Assembly: GCA_965220325.1 (NCBI GenBank) | Contig: OZ244821.1 | Coordinates: 3,037,924-3,101,923 of the forward strand | Origin: Candidatus Poribacteria bacterium | GTDB taxonomy: Bacteria > Poribacteria > WGA-4E > WGA-3G | Direction of reading: 5' to 3' | Length of the DNA stretch: 64,000 nt | In this document: positions 56,424-64,000 of the stretch, one piece after another | Numbering within the stretch: the stretch's first letter is position 1 | How the letters are laid out: each line of letters begins with the position of its first letter | Notes under the pieces: generated by a model | What the model saw: the letters and a program-made list of their open reading frames with translations, nothing else | The model's database searches: none | What the model was told of the DNA's origin: nothing | Position numbers and translations under genes: made by a program

Positions 56424-57968
56424 ATGTCACAATCCGCCCATCGTGAAGTGTCCTGCTCTTTCTGTCAACAAGACAGCACACAAGTACGGTTACGACTCCT
56501 TCAGGGTAGGGGTGCCAACATCTGCGTTGAATGTATTGTCCGCCTATCAGCATCCACAGTGGAAAACGCTTCCTGTACGTTCTGTAGGCGAGATAATACG
56601 CACGTCGAACGGCTCTTTAATGGACTTGAGGCGAACATCTGTGAGAGATGCCTTGCCGAATGTATCGACTTGTGTAGCGACCTTCTCGTGCGAAACCGCG
56701 ATGGCAGCTTTGATATCTCTATTGACGGTTTCAAAAAGGCAGACGCAGACACAGCAAACGGGCAACACGGACCCGAAGACAGACAACAAAAATCTGGGCT
56801 CACACAAGAACACGGCGGTCACAAACCATCGAAAACTGAGACTGCACGCGCAACGAACTCTGGAACAAAAGGCGGGCAGGTGACACTTGCAGAACCGCCT
56901 TCACCTGAAGAAATTAAAACCAAACTTGATGAATACGTTATCGGTCAAGAACACGCTAAAAAGACGTTATCCGTCGCTGTTTACACGCATTACAAACGTT
57001 TGCACCACGATGATACTGATGATGATGTTGAATTAGATAAGAGCAACATCTTACTTATCGGTCCGACAGGCACGGGGAAAACGCTACTCGCCCAAACCCT
57101 CGCCAAAGTTTTAGATGTGCCTTTCGCTCTTACTGATGCAACAACATTGACCGAGGCGGGATACGTCGGCGAGGATGTCGAAAATATCATCTTAAAACTT
57201 GTGCAAGCGGCAGACGGTGATATTGCTCGCGCCGAAACAGGAATCATTTATATTGATGAAATTGATAAGATTACGCGGAAATCCGAGAACCCGTCAATTA
57301 CGCGTGATGTATCCGGGGAAGGCGTTCAGCAAGCATTACTGAAGATTTTGGAAGGCACAACGGCAGGTGTCCCGCCGCGCGGCGGCCGGAAGCACCCACA
57401 CCAAGAGATGATAGAGGTGAATACAAGGAAAGTCCTGTTTATCTGCGGCGGGACCTTTATCGGCGTAGAGAAGGCAATTAAGGACAGACTCGGCAAGCAG
57501 AGCATCGGTTTCGGATCACCCATCCAACCGAAAACAGAGACGAAAATTCATGAACTCCTTGCCCGGGTAACACCTAAAGATCTCATTAAATACGGCTTCA
57601 TACCGGAGTTGATCGGACGGCTTCCAGTTGTCACGACGCTTCATGACTTAGACGCATCTGCTTTGATTCGTATACTTACGGAGCCGAAGAACGCACTCGT
57701 TAAACAATACCGGCGGCTTTTGGCTTACGAAGGTGTGCAATTCGATATAGATGATGGAGCACTTGCAGCCATCGCAGATGAAGTGATTGAACGCGAAACT
57801 GGTGCGCGCGGATTAAGAGCGGTTTTTGAAAAGATTATGCTTGATACGCTCTATCGTCTCCCTTCGCTCAATGATGTCGAAGCGTGTCATATTACTGAAG
57901 ACACTGTGCGGAACGCTGAACCGCCGCAACTTATCTACAAAAAGTCCGAAGAACTGAAAACTGCATAA
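56424..57968 (+). CDS. clpX: ATP-dependent Clp protease ATP-binding subunit ClpX, with a duplicated N-terminal C4 zinc-binding domain and a long low-complexity linker
   Basis: Two tandem CxxC...CxxC modules (CSFCQQDS...ICVECIVRL and CTFCRRDN...ICERCLAEC). Then an AAA+ module with [11 protein letters not shown] Walker [10 protein letters not shown] Walker B and the GYVG pore loop. RBS AAAGGAG. Confidence 0.9.
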   Translation: MSQSAHREVSCSFCQQDSTQVRLRLLQGRGANICVECIVRLSASTVENASCTFCRRDNTHVERLFNGLEANICERCLAECIDLCSDLLVRNRDGSFDISIDGFKKADADTANGQHGPEDRQQKSGLTQEHGGHKPSKTETARATNSGTKGGQVTLAEPPSPEEIKTKLDEYVIGQEHAKKTLSVAVYTHYKRLHHDDTDDDVELDKSNILLIGPTGTGKTLLAQTLAKVLDVPFALTDATTLTEAGYVGEDVENIILKLVQAADGDIARAETGIIYIDEIDKITRKSENPSITRDVSGEGVQQALLKILEGTTAGVPPRGGRKHPHQEMIEVNTRKVLFICGGTFIGVEKAIKDRLGKQSIGFGSPIQPKTETKIHELLARVTPKDLIKYGFIPELIGRLPVVTTLHDLDASALIRILTEPKNALVKQYRRLLAYEGVQFDIDDGALAAIADEVIERETGARGLRAVFEKIMLDTLYRLPSLNDVEACHITEDTVRNAEPPQLIYKKSEELKTA

Positions 57969-57970
57969 TA

Positions 57971-58140
57971 GTTAACAGTTAACAGTTGACAGTTAACAGT
58001 TACAAGAGATTTTTGATAATCACAAGTCTCTTTCTGAAAATAGTTTTCAGTTACAAGAAGTTTTAGAGAGTCGCAAAGTCTCTTTCTGATAACTGAAAGA
58101 TTTTTTTTGGAGAAAAAAATCGTACTGAAAACTGACAACT
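57971..58140. repeat. Repeat-rich clpX-lon spacer: (CAGTTAA)-like heptamer x5, then two copies of an approximately 55-bp direct repeat containing CAAAGTCTCTTTCTGA, each forming a hairpin
   Basis: Read from the sequence. The second hairpin (TCTTTC-N8-GAAAGA) is followed by TTTTTTTT, so it is a likely clpX terminator. Confidence 0.6.
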
Positions 58141-58159
58141 ATTAAAAAGGATTAAAAAC

Positions 58160-60601
58160 ATGAATTCGACAGCAACGCAAGAATACGAACCGGTAAATTT
58201 ACCCATTATCTATTTACCTCCGGATTTCAATACGGTTTTCCCGAGGACGAAATCTCTCCTAAACGCCACTCGCAAAATGGGAATCCAGGCCGTCCATACT
58301 GCCCTTCGTTCAGATAGGCGGGTGCTTCTCCTCCATCAGAAAGTGGAGTTGGAAGAAGCGGAAGAGGTCACGCCTGAACATCTCCACACTATTGGTGCTG
58401 TCGCTAATATCATCGAATCTTATGAACCTGGAGACGGTACCATCCGTATCGCTGTTGCTGCGGAACAGCGCGCGATTGTCCTTCGCTATACGAAAACCAA
58501 GGATTTCTTGGAGGCGGATGTGAAAGTTGTTCATGAAGAGATCGGGTTAGCAAACGCTGCCGCTGCACTCGTTAAAAAGACGAAGCAGCTTTTCAGTGAG
58601 TACGCGAAGACCCGACAGAAGGAACAACGCCGCGACTCACAGTCTCAGAACCTGACGTCCGAAGAAGTCAAACGCACGATTAAAGACCAAGAAGAACCCG
58701 GACACCTTGCAGATACCATCGCTGGATCCCTCGGTCTCACAGCATCCGAACGCCAAGAAGCCATTGAAGAACTCAATCCGATTAAGCGACTACAACTTAT
58801 CATTCGGTTTTTGAAAGAGGCGTTGGAACGGAACGAACTCTGGGACGATATCCACAATCAGGTACGTGAATCTGTCCAGAAAACACACCGAGAATTCTAC
58901 CTTCAGGAACAGATGAAGGTGATACAGAAGGAGCTCGGAAGAGATGACATCGCTGAAGTTGATGAACTCCGCGAACAGGTAAAAAACGCTGGCATGTCCG
59001 AGGAAGCGGAGGAAAAGGCGCTCAAGGAATTGGATCGGCTCGCGCAGATACCGCCGCAATCCGCAGAATCTGGAGTCATTCGTACTTATGTTGATTGGAT
59101 ACTTGCCCTTCCTTGGAAAGAGAGCACTGAACACCAACTTCAACTTCCGGAAGCACAACGCATACTTGACGAAGATCATTACGGGTTGGAGAAGCCGAAA
59201 GAGAATGTGCTCGAATATCTCGCTGTCTTACAACTCGTGAAACATCTAAAAGGTCCTATTATTTGTCTCGTTGGTCCCCCGGGAGTTGGAAAAACATCGC
59301 TTGGTAAGTCAGTTGCCCGTGCAACTGGTCGGAAATTCGTGAGGATGTCGCTCGGTGGTGTTCGCGATGAAGCGGAGATCCGTGGACACAGGCGCACCTA
59401 TATCGGCGCGATCCCCGGACGCATTATCCAAGGACTGCGAGATGTGAAGTCGAAAAATCCGCTCTTTCTTCTTGATGAAATTGATAAGCTGAGTTCCGAT
59501 TTTCGAGGTGACCCGGCATCTGCACTCCTAGAAGTTTTAGATCCGGAGCAGAATTCTACGTTCCGAGATCATTACATGGATATCGCCTTCGATCTCTCCG
59601 ATGTCATGTTCATCACGACGGCTAACACCCGTGTTACGATACCCGCACCGCTTCAAGATCGGATGGAAATCATTGAATTGCCGGGCTATACCGATTTTGA
59701 GAAGCATAACATTACGACTTTTACACCGAATGGGCTCATCCCGAAGCAACTCGAACGACATGGACTCTCAGGGGATAATATCACTTTCACAGATGATGCC
59801 ATCTATGAAATGATCCATAAATATACTCGCGAAGCCGGTGTCCGAAGCCTCGAACGTACTATTACTACCGTCATGCGGAAAGTCGCCAGAGAGATTGTCA
59901 CCGAAGATACCCCAGATCTCAACGTCGAAATAACGCCAGACAACTTGAGCGACTATCTCGGGCCTGCTAAGTGGACCCGCACGAAAGCCGAGGAACACGA
60001 CGAAATTGGTGTTGCTACCGGAATGGTGTGGACGCAAATTGGTGGTGATATTGTCTCGGTTGAAGCGACGACGATGCCGGGGGAAGGCAAACTCAGTATG
60101 ACCGGTCAACTTCAGGAAGTCATGCGTGAGTCTGTGCAGACTGCTGTCGCCTATATCCGTTCGCGCTCTGAATCCTTCGGGCTATCTGACAAGCAATTCG
60201 AGCAAGAAGATATTCATATCCACATCCCTGAAGGCGCGGTTCCGAAGGACGGTCCCTCGGCAGGAATCACCGTTGCTGCAGCGATCCTTTCCGCTGTAAC
60301 AGGTAAGTCCGTCCGAAAAGACATCGCTATGACGGGTGAAATCACACTTCGTGGTAGAGTACTCCCCATCGGTGGTCTAAAAGAGAAGGCACTCGCCGCT
60401 TACCGAAACGGTATCTTTGACATCATTATCCCTGTGGACAACGAGAAAGATGAAGTGGACATTCCAACAGAGATTCGTGAAGGGATCCGTTTCCACAAAG
60501 TCAACGATATGATGGAGGTACTCGAATTGGCACTGACAGAACCTATTGTTGAACCTGAAGTCCCTATAGAAATGCCAGTCGCCTCTCAACCGCCAGTATA
60601 G
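58160..60601 (+). CDS. lon: ATP-dependent Lon protease
   Basis: Lon N-terminal domain, AAA+ module (GPPGVGKTS Walker A) and a C-terminal protease domain with DGPSAGIT (catalytic Ser) and a downstream Lys. Confidence 0.9.
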   Translation: MNSTATQEYEPVNLPIIYLPPDFNTVFPRTKSLLNATRKMGIQAVHTALRSDRRVLLLHQKVELEEAEEVTPEHLHTIGAVANIIESYEPGDGTIRIAVAAEQRAIVLRYTKTKDFLEADVKVVHEEIGLANAAAALVKKTKQLFSEYAKTRQKEQRRDSQSQNLTSEEVKRTIKDQEEPGHLADTIAGSLGLTASERQEAIEELNPIKRLQLIIRFLKEALERNELWDDIHNQVRESVQKTHREFYLQEQMKVIQKELGRDDIAEVDELREQVKNAGMSEEAEEKALKELDRLAQIPPQSAESGVIRTYVDWILALPWKESTEHQLQLPEAQRILDEDHYGLEKPKENVLEYLAVLQLVKHLKGPIICLVGPPGVGKTSLGKSVARATGRKFVRMSLGGVRDEAEIRGHRRTYIGAIPGRIIQGLRDVKSKNPLFLLDEIDKLSSDFRGDPASALLEVLDPEQNSTFRDHYMDIAFDLSDVMFITTANTRVTIPAPLQDRMEIIELPGYTDFEKHNITTFTPNGLIPKQLERHGLSGDNITFTDDAIYEMIHKYTREAGVRSLERTITTVMRKVAREIVTEDTPDLNVEITPDNLSDYLGPAKWTRTKAEEHDEIGVATGMVWTQIGGDIVSVEATTMPGEGKLSMTGQLQEVMRESVQTAVAYIRSRSESFGLSDKQFEQEDIHIHIPEGAVPKDGPSAGITVAAAILSAVTGKSVRKDIAMTGEITLRGRVLPIGGLKEKALAAYRNGIFDIIIPVDNEKDEVDIPTEIREGIRFHKVNDMMEVLELALTEPIVEPEVPIEMPVASQPPV

Positions 60602-60741
60602 GATGGTTATAAGTTATAGGTGGTAGGTTAAGAAGTCCGTAAAGTGTTCTAAGGTGTTTCTCCTAGTAAAGTTATCAACTTCGCAACTTTAGCACATTTT
60701 GAAACTTTAGCGCACTTTCTTATAACTTATAACCTTAAAAT

Positions 60742-61005
60742 ATGCGATTAGATAAATTCCTACAAGTCAGCCGTCTCGTAAAACGGCGCACGATTGCGAA
60801 TACGCTCTGTAGCAAAGGCGCAGTGCGTGTCAATGGACATGTCGCAAAAGCCGGGAAAACGCTCTCTGTAGGCGATGTAATTTGTATGCCGCATCCGACA
60901 GATATAGAGGATACGCCTGACCCGGAATACGAAGTCGTTGAACTCCCCACCGGAAACGTCTCACGCGCGCGCGCTGAGACACTCTATCGTCAGTTAAAGC
61001 CGTAG
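60742..61005 (+). CDS. S4-domain RNA-binding protein (Hsp15/YlmH-like small protein)
   Basis: MRLDKFLQVSRLVKRRTIANTLCSKGAVRVNGHVAKAGKTLSVGDVI is the S4 alpha-L motif. Confidence 0.6.
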   Translation: MRLDKFLQVSRLVKRRTIANTLCSKGAVRVNGHVAKAGKTLSVGDVICMPHPTDIEDTPDPEYEVVELPTGNVSRARAETLYRQLKP

Positions 61006-61090
61006 CCGTTGTTGTAATGCCATTGAGCACCCTCAAGCTAGCTGAAGGTTTCCGGTTCCTGATAGTCTATAGCCATTAGAGAAAGTCGCA

Positions 61091-62257
61091 ATGATTCCCA
61101 CAGAACGTCCTATCCAATCCAAAACTATTGCGTTCAAGGCGCGCACGTCACATACCATAAACAGGCCGAGGATTGGGATCACGATGGGGGATGCAGCCGG
61201 TATCGGTCCCGAAATTATCGCCAAGGCACTCACACGCCAAGACGTATATTCAATGTGCGAGCCAATTGTGATCGGGAGTCCCGCTATCCTTGAAAAAGCG
61301 TGTCACCTGATACCATCCGTTAGTGAAGTTCGTACCGACCGTTCGGAACGGACAGTGCCAGGATTAAAAATTAACAGTATCAACACCGCAAAACAAGCAT
61401 TGGCATTGTATGGGACGATTGATGTGCTTGATGTCTCCTCAATATCTCCTGAAGAAATTTGCCATGGTACGATAGATGCTCGTGCCGGTGCTGCAGCTGT
61501 CAAATCCCTTGAAGTTGCAACACATCTTGCGATGCTCGGAGAACTTGACGCTATCACGACTGCGCCAATATCCAAAGCATCCATAAACCGTGCCGGATAC
61601 CCCTATCCTGGACACACCGAAATGCTTGCCGCATTCACGAATACACCTGACGTAGTGATGATGCTCTGTACGCCTGAAGCGTTGACAGCGAATGCTGGTA
61701 GCAGCGTTGGAAATAAACAAGTCGGTTTCGCTGTCTCTTTCGTTACAAACCATATCCCGCTTGCCGATGTGCCGAAGTCTCTCTCTATCGAAAAAGTGGT
61801 GAAGGTTATTCGTATCACGCGACAAGCACTAATTCGCTGTGGTATTCGTGAACCGCGACTTGCTGTTGCCGGGCTGAATCCGCATGCCGGTGAAAACGGT
61901 ATTTTCGGAGACGAGGAAGAACGTTTTATCCGTCCCGCTATTTTACGGGTCCAGACATCACATACCACAATAGACGGTCCACTCCCTGCCGATGTGCTTT
62001 TCGTGAAAGCGAAGCAAGGACACTGGCACGCCGTTATCGCGATGTATCACGATCAAGGCAATATACCGATAAAACTTCTCGGGTTCGGCGAACTGGTAAA
62101 TGTGACCTTGGGTTTGCCGATAATCCGTACTAGTGTGGACCACGGAACAGCGTTCGACATAGCCGGTAAAGGTGTTGCAAGCGAGACGAGTCTTGTAGCA
62201 GCACTCAACTGTGCCGCGCAACTTGCAATGAGCCATCAGGAAAAAGATGATTGGTAA
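61091..62257 (+). CDS. pdxA: 4-hydroxythreonine-4-phosphate dehydrogenase
   Basis: RIGITMGDAAGIGPEII N-terminal signature, HTEML and HDQGNIP metal-binding His motifs. The true start may be downstream of the first ATG (about 30-aa N-terminal extension). Confidence 0.8.
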   Translation: MIPTERPIQSKTIAFKARTSHTINRPRIGITMGDAAGIGPEIIAKALTRQDVYSMCEPIVIGSPAILEKACHLIPSVSEVRTDRSERTVPGLKINSINTAKQALALYGTIDVLDVSSISPEEICHGTIDARAGAAAVKSLEVATHLAMLGELDAITTAPISKASINRAGYPYPGHTEMLAAFTNTPDVVMMLCTPEALTANAGSSVGNKQVGFAVSFVTNHIPLADVPKSLSIEKVVKVIRITRQALIRCGIREPRLAVAGLNPHAGENGIFGDEEERFIRPAILRVQTSHTTIDGPLPADVLFVKAKQGHWHAVIAMYHDQGNIPIKLLGFGELVNVTLGLPIIRTSVDHGTAFDIAGKGVASETSLVAALNCAAQLAMSHQEKDDW

Positions 62258-62303
62258 GAGAAGATATATCAAACTTTTCTTACAGATTTTAGAATTAAAA
62301 AAC

Positions 62304-64000
62304 ATGAAAAAGACTGTTATTTTTTTCGCCACACTCTTTACGTTTGCTACCGTCCCGATGCTGGTTGCTATCGGTCAAATACATTCGGAACCACCGTTAC
62401 AAGCACTGACAATGACAGCGGACGCTTTTACCGCCCGCTTCGTCCTCCCGGAACTCAAGATAAAAACACAATCTCCGTCTACTGGTGGTAACTCCGAAGC
62501 TGGATTAACTGAGATACATTTTGCGGGTGCCGATTGGACACTCGACGTAGGCAAACCACGTCTACCGATTTATACCCAACGCATTGGAATTCCGACGACC
62601 GGAACACCGGTTGTTACAGTTATTCAAGCGCGTTCAGAAATTAGAACTGTTGAAAATGTGCGTATCACACCTGACGATGCGATTTTCCCGACACTGGATT
62701 CCATAGACTCCGCTCAAGTTTTGTCAGGGTTCTATCCTGCCCAGCTCGTAGAAGTCATCCCGGGCGGCTTCGTGCGAGATCAACGTATCGGCAGCTTACA
62801 AATCAACCCTGTCCAATACAATCCGGCAACGAAACAGTTAAAAATCTTTGCTGCTGTGACGTTTCGGGTAAATTTTCCGACCTCTCCGATAACTGGTGCT
62901 ATCGGTAATGCTGCGTCTATTCTGAATGCCCCCGCTTCTTTCCGCGAATCATCAGGCGTTTTTGAGACCTTATTTCAGGGTACATTGTGGAACTATGAAC
63001 AGGCGAAGCCGTGGCGAAAACAGCGCCGAACATCTTATGGTGCCGCAAACGAACCCTACGCCCCCGGCGCGCCGCCGTTAATAACTGCCAGCACACGCCG
63101 TTTTAAAATCCCTGTTACCCGGACAGACCTATATAAGATCACCTATAACAATATTAAAGCTTACGCTCGAATTGACCCAGAAACTATTAATCTTGACACA
63201 GTTCGATTGGAAAGCGGCGGTCAAAAGCAAGGTGTCCATATCTTTGATGAGAACGGGAACAATACACTCGATCCTGGCGATCAACTTGTCTTCTATGGAC
63301 GCGCCTTAGCGGACAACAAATTCACCGATGAAAATGTTTACTGGCTCCGATTTGGTCTGCGGGGTGAGCCTGCTGCTGGTTTTGAAACATCGCGCGTTGA
63401 GGTCCGCGACGCGGCACCGCAAGGGCGCAACCTGCCGTCACCGAAAGCCTTTTTATCGCGCATCCGGTTTGAAAAGGACAGGCACCATGATACTTTAGAG
63501 GCACACGATATTAAATCTGAGCTCGCGGATCACTATTTTGATGTCGCCTTCCGTGGTGGTGATCTCAGTACGAGCCGAAAAGATTTCTCAATTACGCTGC
63601 CGATGGCAATACCGCGGAATATGATTGACCGTCCCGCTGCGCTGCGTATCAAGTTCCAAGGTGCGTCCTACAAAGCGAATGCGGGGCACAAAGCACGTAT
63701 TATTTTCAACGGTCATCAACTCGGTAGAAACGAGGAATGGAGACGACAAGCATCACAAACGGCAGTCCGTGATATTCGGCATGACCTTGTCCACCACGAT
63801 GCTACGAATTTCATGCGTATTGAGGCACTTGATGACAATGATACGCCGCCAGGTTCTTACGATTTCTACCTCGACTGGTATGAAATTGACTACTGGCGGA
63901 CTTTCCAGGCGGAGGACAACCGCCTCGAATTTAATACCAATACCGAACCCCGTCACCAGGGTCGAGTTCAATACCGGGTCGGAAACATCGCTGACGAAGC
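62304..64000 (+). CDS. Secreted protein with a signal peptide, truncated by the window end; possibly a C25 (gingipain/PorU-like) peptidase-type protein
   Basis: Own translation from ATG at 62304: MKKTVIFFATLFTFATVPMLVAIGQ..., with no stop before the window end. The family assignment is speculative. Confidence 0.4.
   Translation, partial: MKKTVIFFATLFTFATVPMLVAIGQIHSEPPLQALTMTADAFTARFVLPELKIKTQSPSTGGNSEAGLTEIHFAGADWTLDVGKPRLPIYTQRIGIPTTGTPVVTVIQARSEIRTVENVRITPDDAIFPTLDSIDSAQVLSGFYPAQLVEVIPGGFVRDQRIGSLQINPVQYNPATKQLKIFAAVTFRVNFPTSPITGAIGNAASILNAPASFRESSGVFETLFQGTLWNYEQAKPWRKQRRTSYGAANEPYAPGAPPLITASTRRFKIPVTRTDLYKITYNNIKAYARIDPETINLDTVRLESGGQKQGVHIFDENGNNTLDPGDQLVFYGRALADNKFTDENVYWLRFGLRGEPAAGFETSRVEVRDAAPQGRNLPSPKAFLSRIRFEKDRHHDTLEAHDIKSELADHYFDVAFRGGDLSTSRKDFSITLPMAIPRNMIDRPAALRIKFQGASYKANAGHKARIIFNGHQLGRNEEWRRQASQTAVRDIRHDLVHHDATNFMRIEALDDNDTPPGSYDFYLDWYEIDYWRTFQAEDNRLEFNTNTEPRHQGRVQYRVGNIADE

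Noticed and set aside
60640-60740. Possible CIRCE or CtsR operator near lon and the S4 gene (TTAGCAC-containing direct repeats)
   Set aside because: The repeats are direct rather than inverted. They do not match the CIRCE inverted repeat TTAGCACTC-N9-GAGTGCTAA or the GGTCAAA heptads of CtsR boxes.

Overview
This is a 64 kb window from an uncharacterised bacterium with moderate GC. It is gene-dense on both strands and mixes housekeeping genes with a clearly accessory left half. The housekeeping block runs from about 48.6 to 64 kb. It holds tRNA-Leu(CAG), a six-tRNA cluster (Pro, Arg, His, Arg, Lys, Leu) behind a consensus sigma70 promoter, and the tig-clpP-clpX-lon chaperone/protease cluster. 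An ISKra4-family insertion sequence and a MITE-like derivative sit in the tig-clpP spacer. Downstream come an S4-domain protein, pdxA and a secreted protein that is cut by the window end. Upstream of this block lie an MFS transporter, a macro-domain protein, a DUF58 protein, a sulfatase and asd-mtnK. A CbpA-like J-protein, an Rpn-family nuclease gene with an internal EQGI tandem repeat and aspC are also present. An unusual DNA-methyltransferase-HNH fusion follows aspC. The accessory half (1-37 kb) has two ABC-2 permeases. It also has an ECF sigma factor fused to a BNR beta-propeller. That gene is transcribed divergently from an 8.9 kb gene for a 2965-aa surface protein. The giant protein has a signal peptide, three leucine-rich-repeat modules, about 25 cadherin-like repeats (several near-identical tandem copies) and a T9SS-type C-terminal sorting domain. 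A C12 homopolymer and a terminator-like hairpin lie in its upstream region. Further accessory content includes four PhyH-family dioxygenase genes (one a tandem-domain fusion under an extended -10 promoter) and two LamG secreted proteins. There are also tandem CPBP proteases, a CN-hydrolase/amidohydrolase pair, a BNR protein, a DgoD-like dehydratase and a ugd/MoxR/GHMP-kinase block. Three loci carry a family of G5/C5-rich palindromic tandem repeats (core CCCCCTGATAAGGGGG-TTAGGGGG) placed just 3' of genes. A 29-bp element with a TTGGAAG heptad direct repeat occurs identically upstream of clpP and at 17.2 kb. No CRISPR array and no rRNA were found. The sulfatases, PhyH expansion and eukaryote-like repeat protein suggest a host- or marine-associated lineage. 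The most novel candidates are the ECF-sigma-propeller / giant adhesin / poly-C locus, the methyltransferase-HNH fusion, the ClpX with a duplicated zinc-binding domain and the palindromic repeat family.
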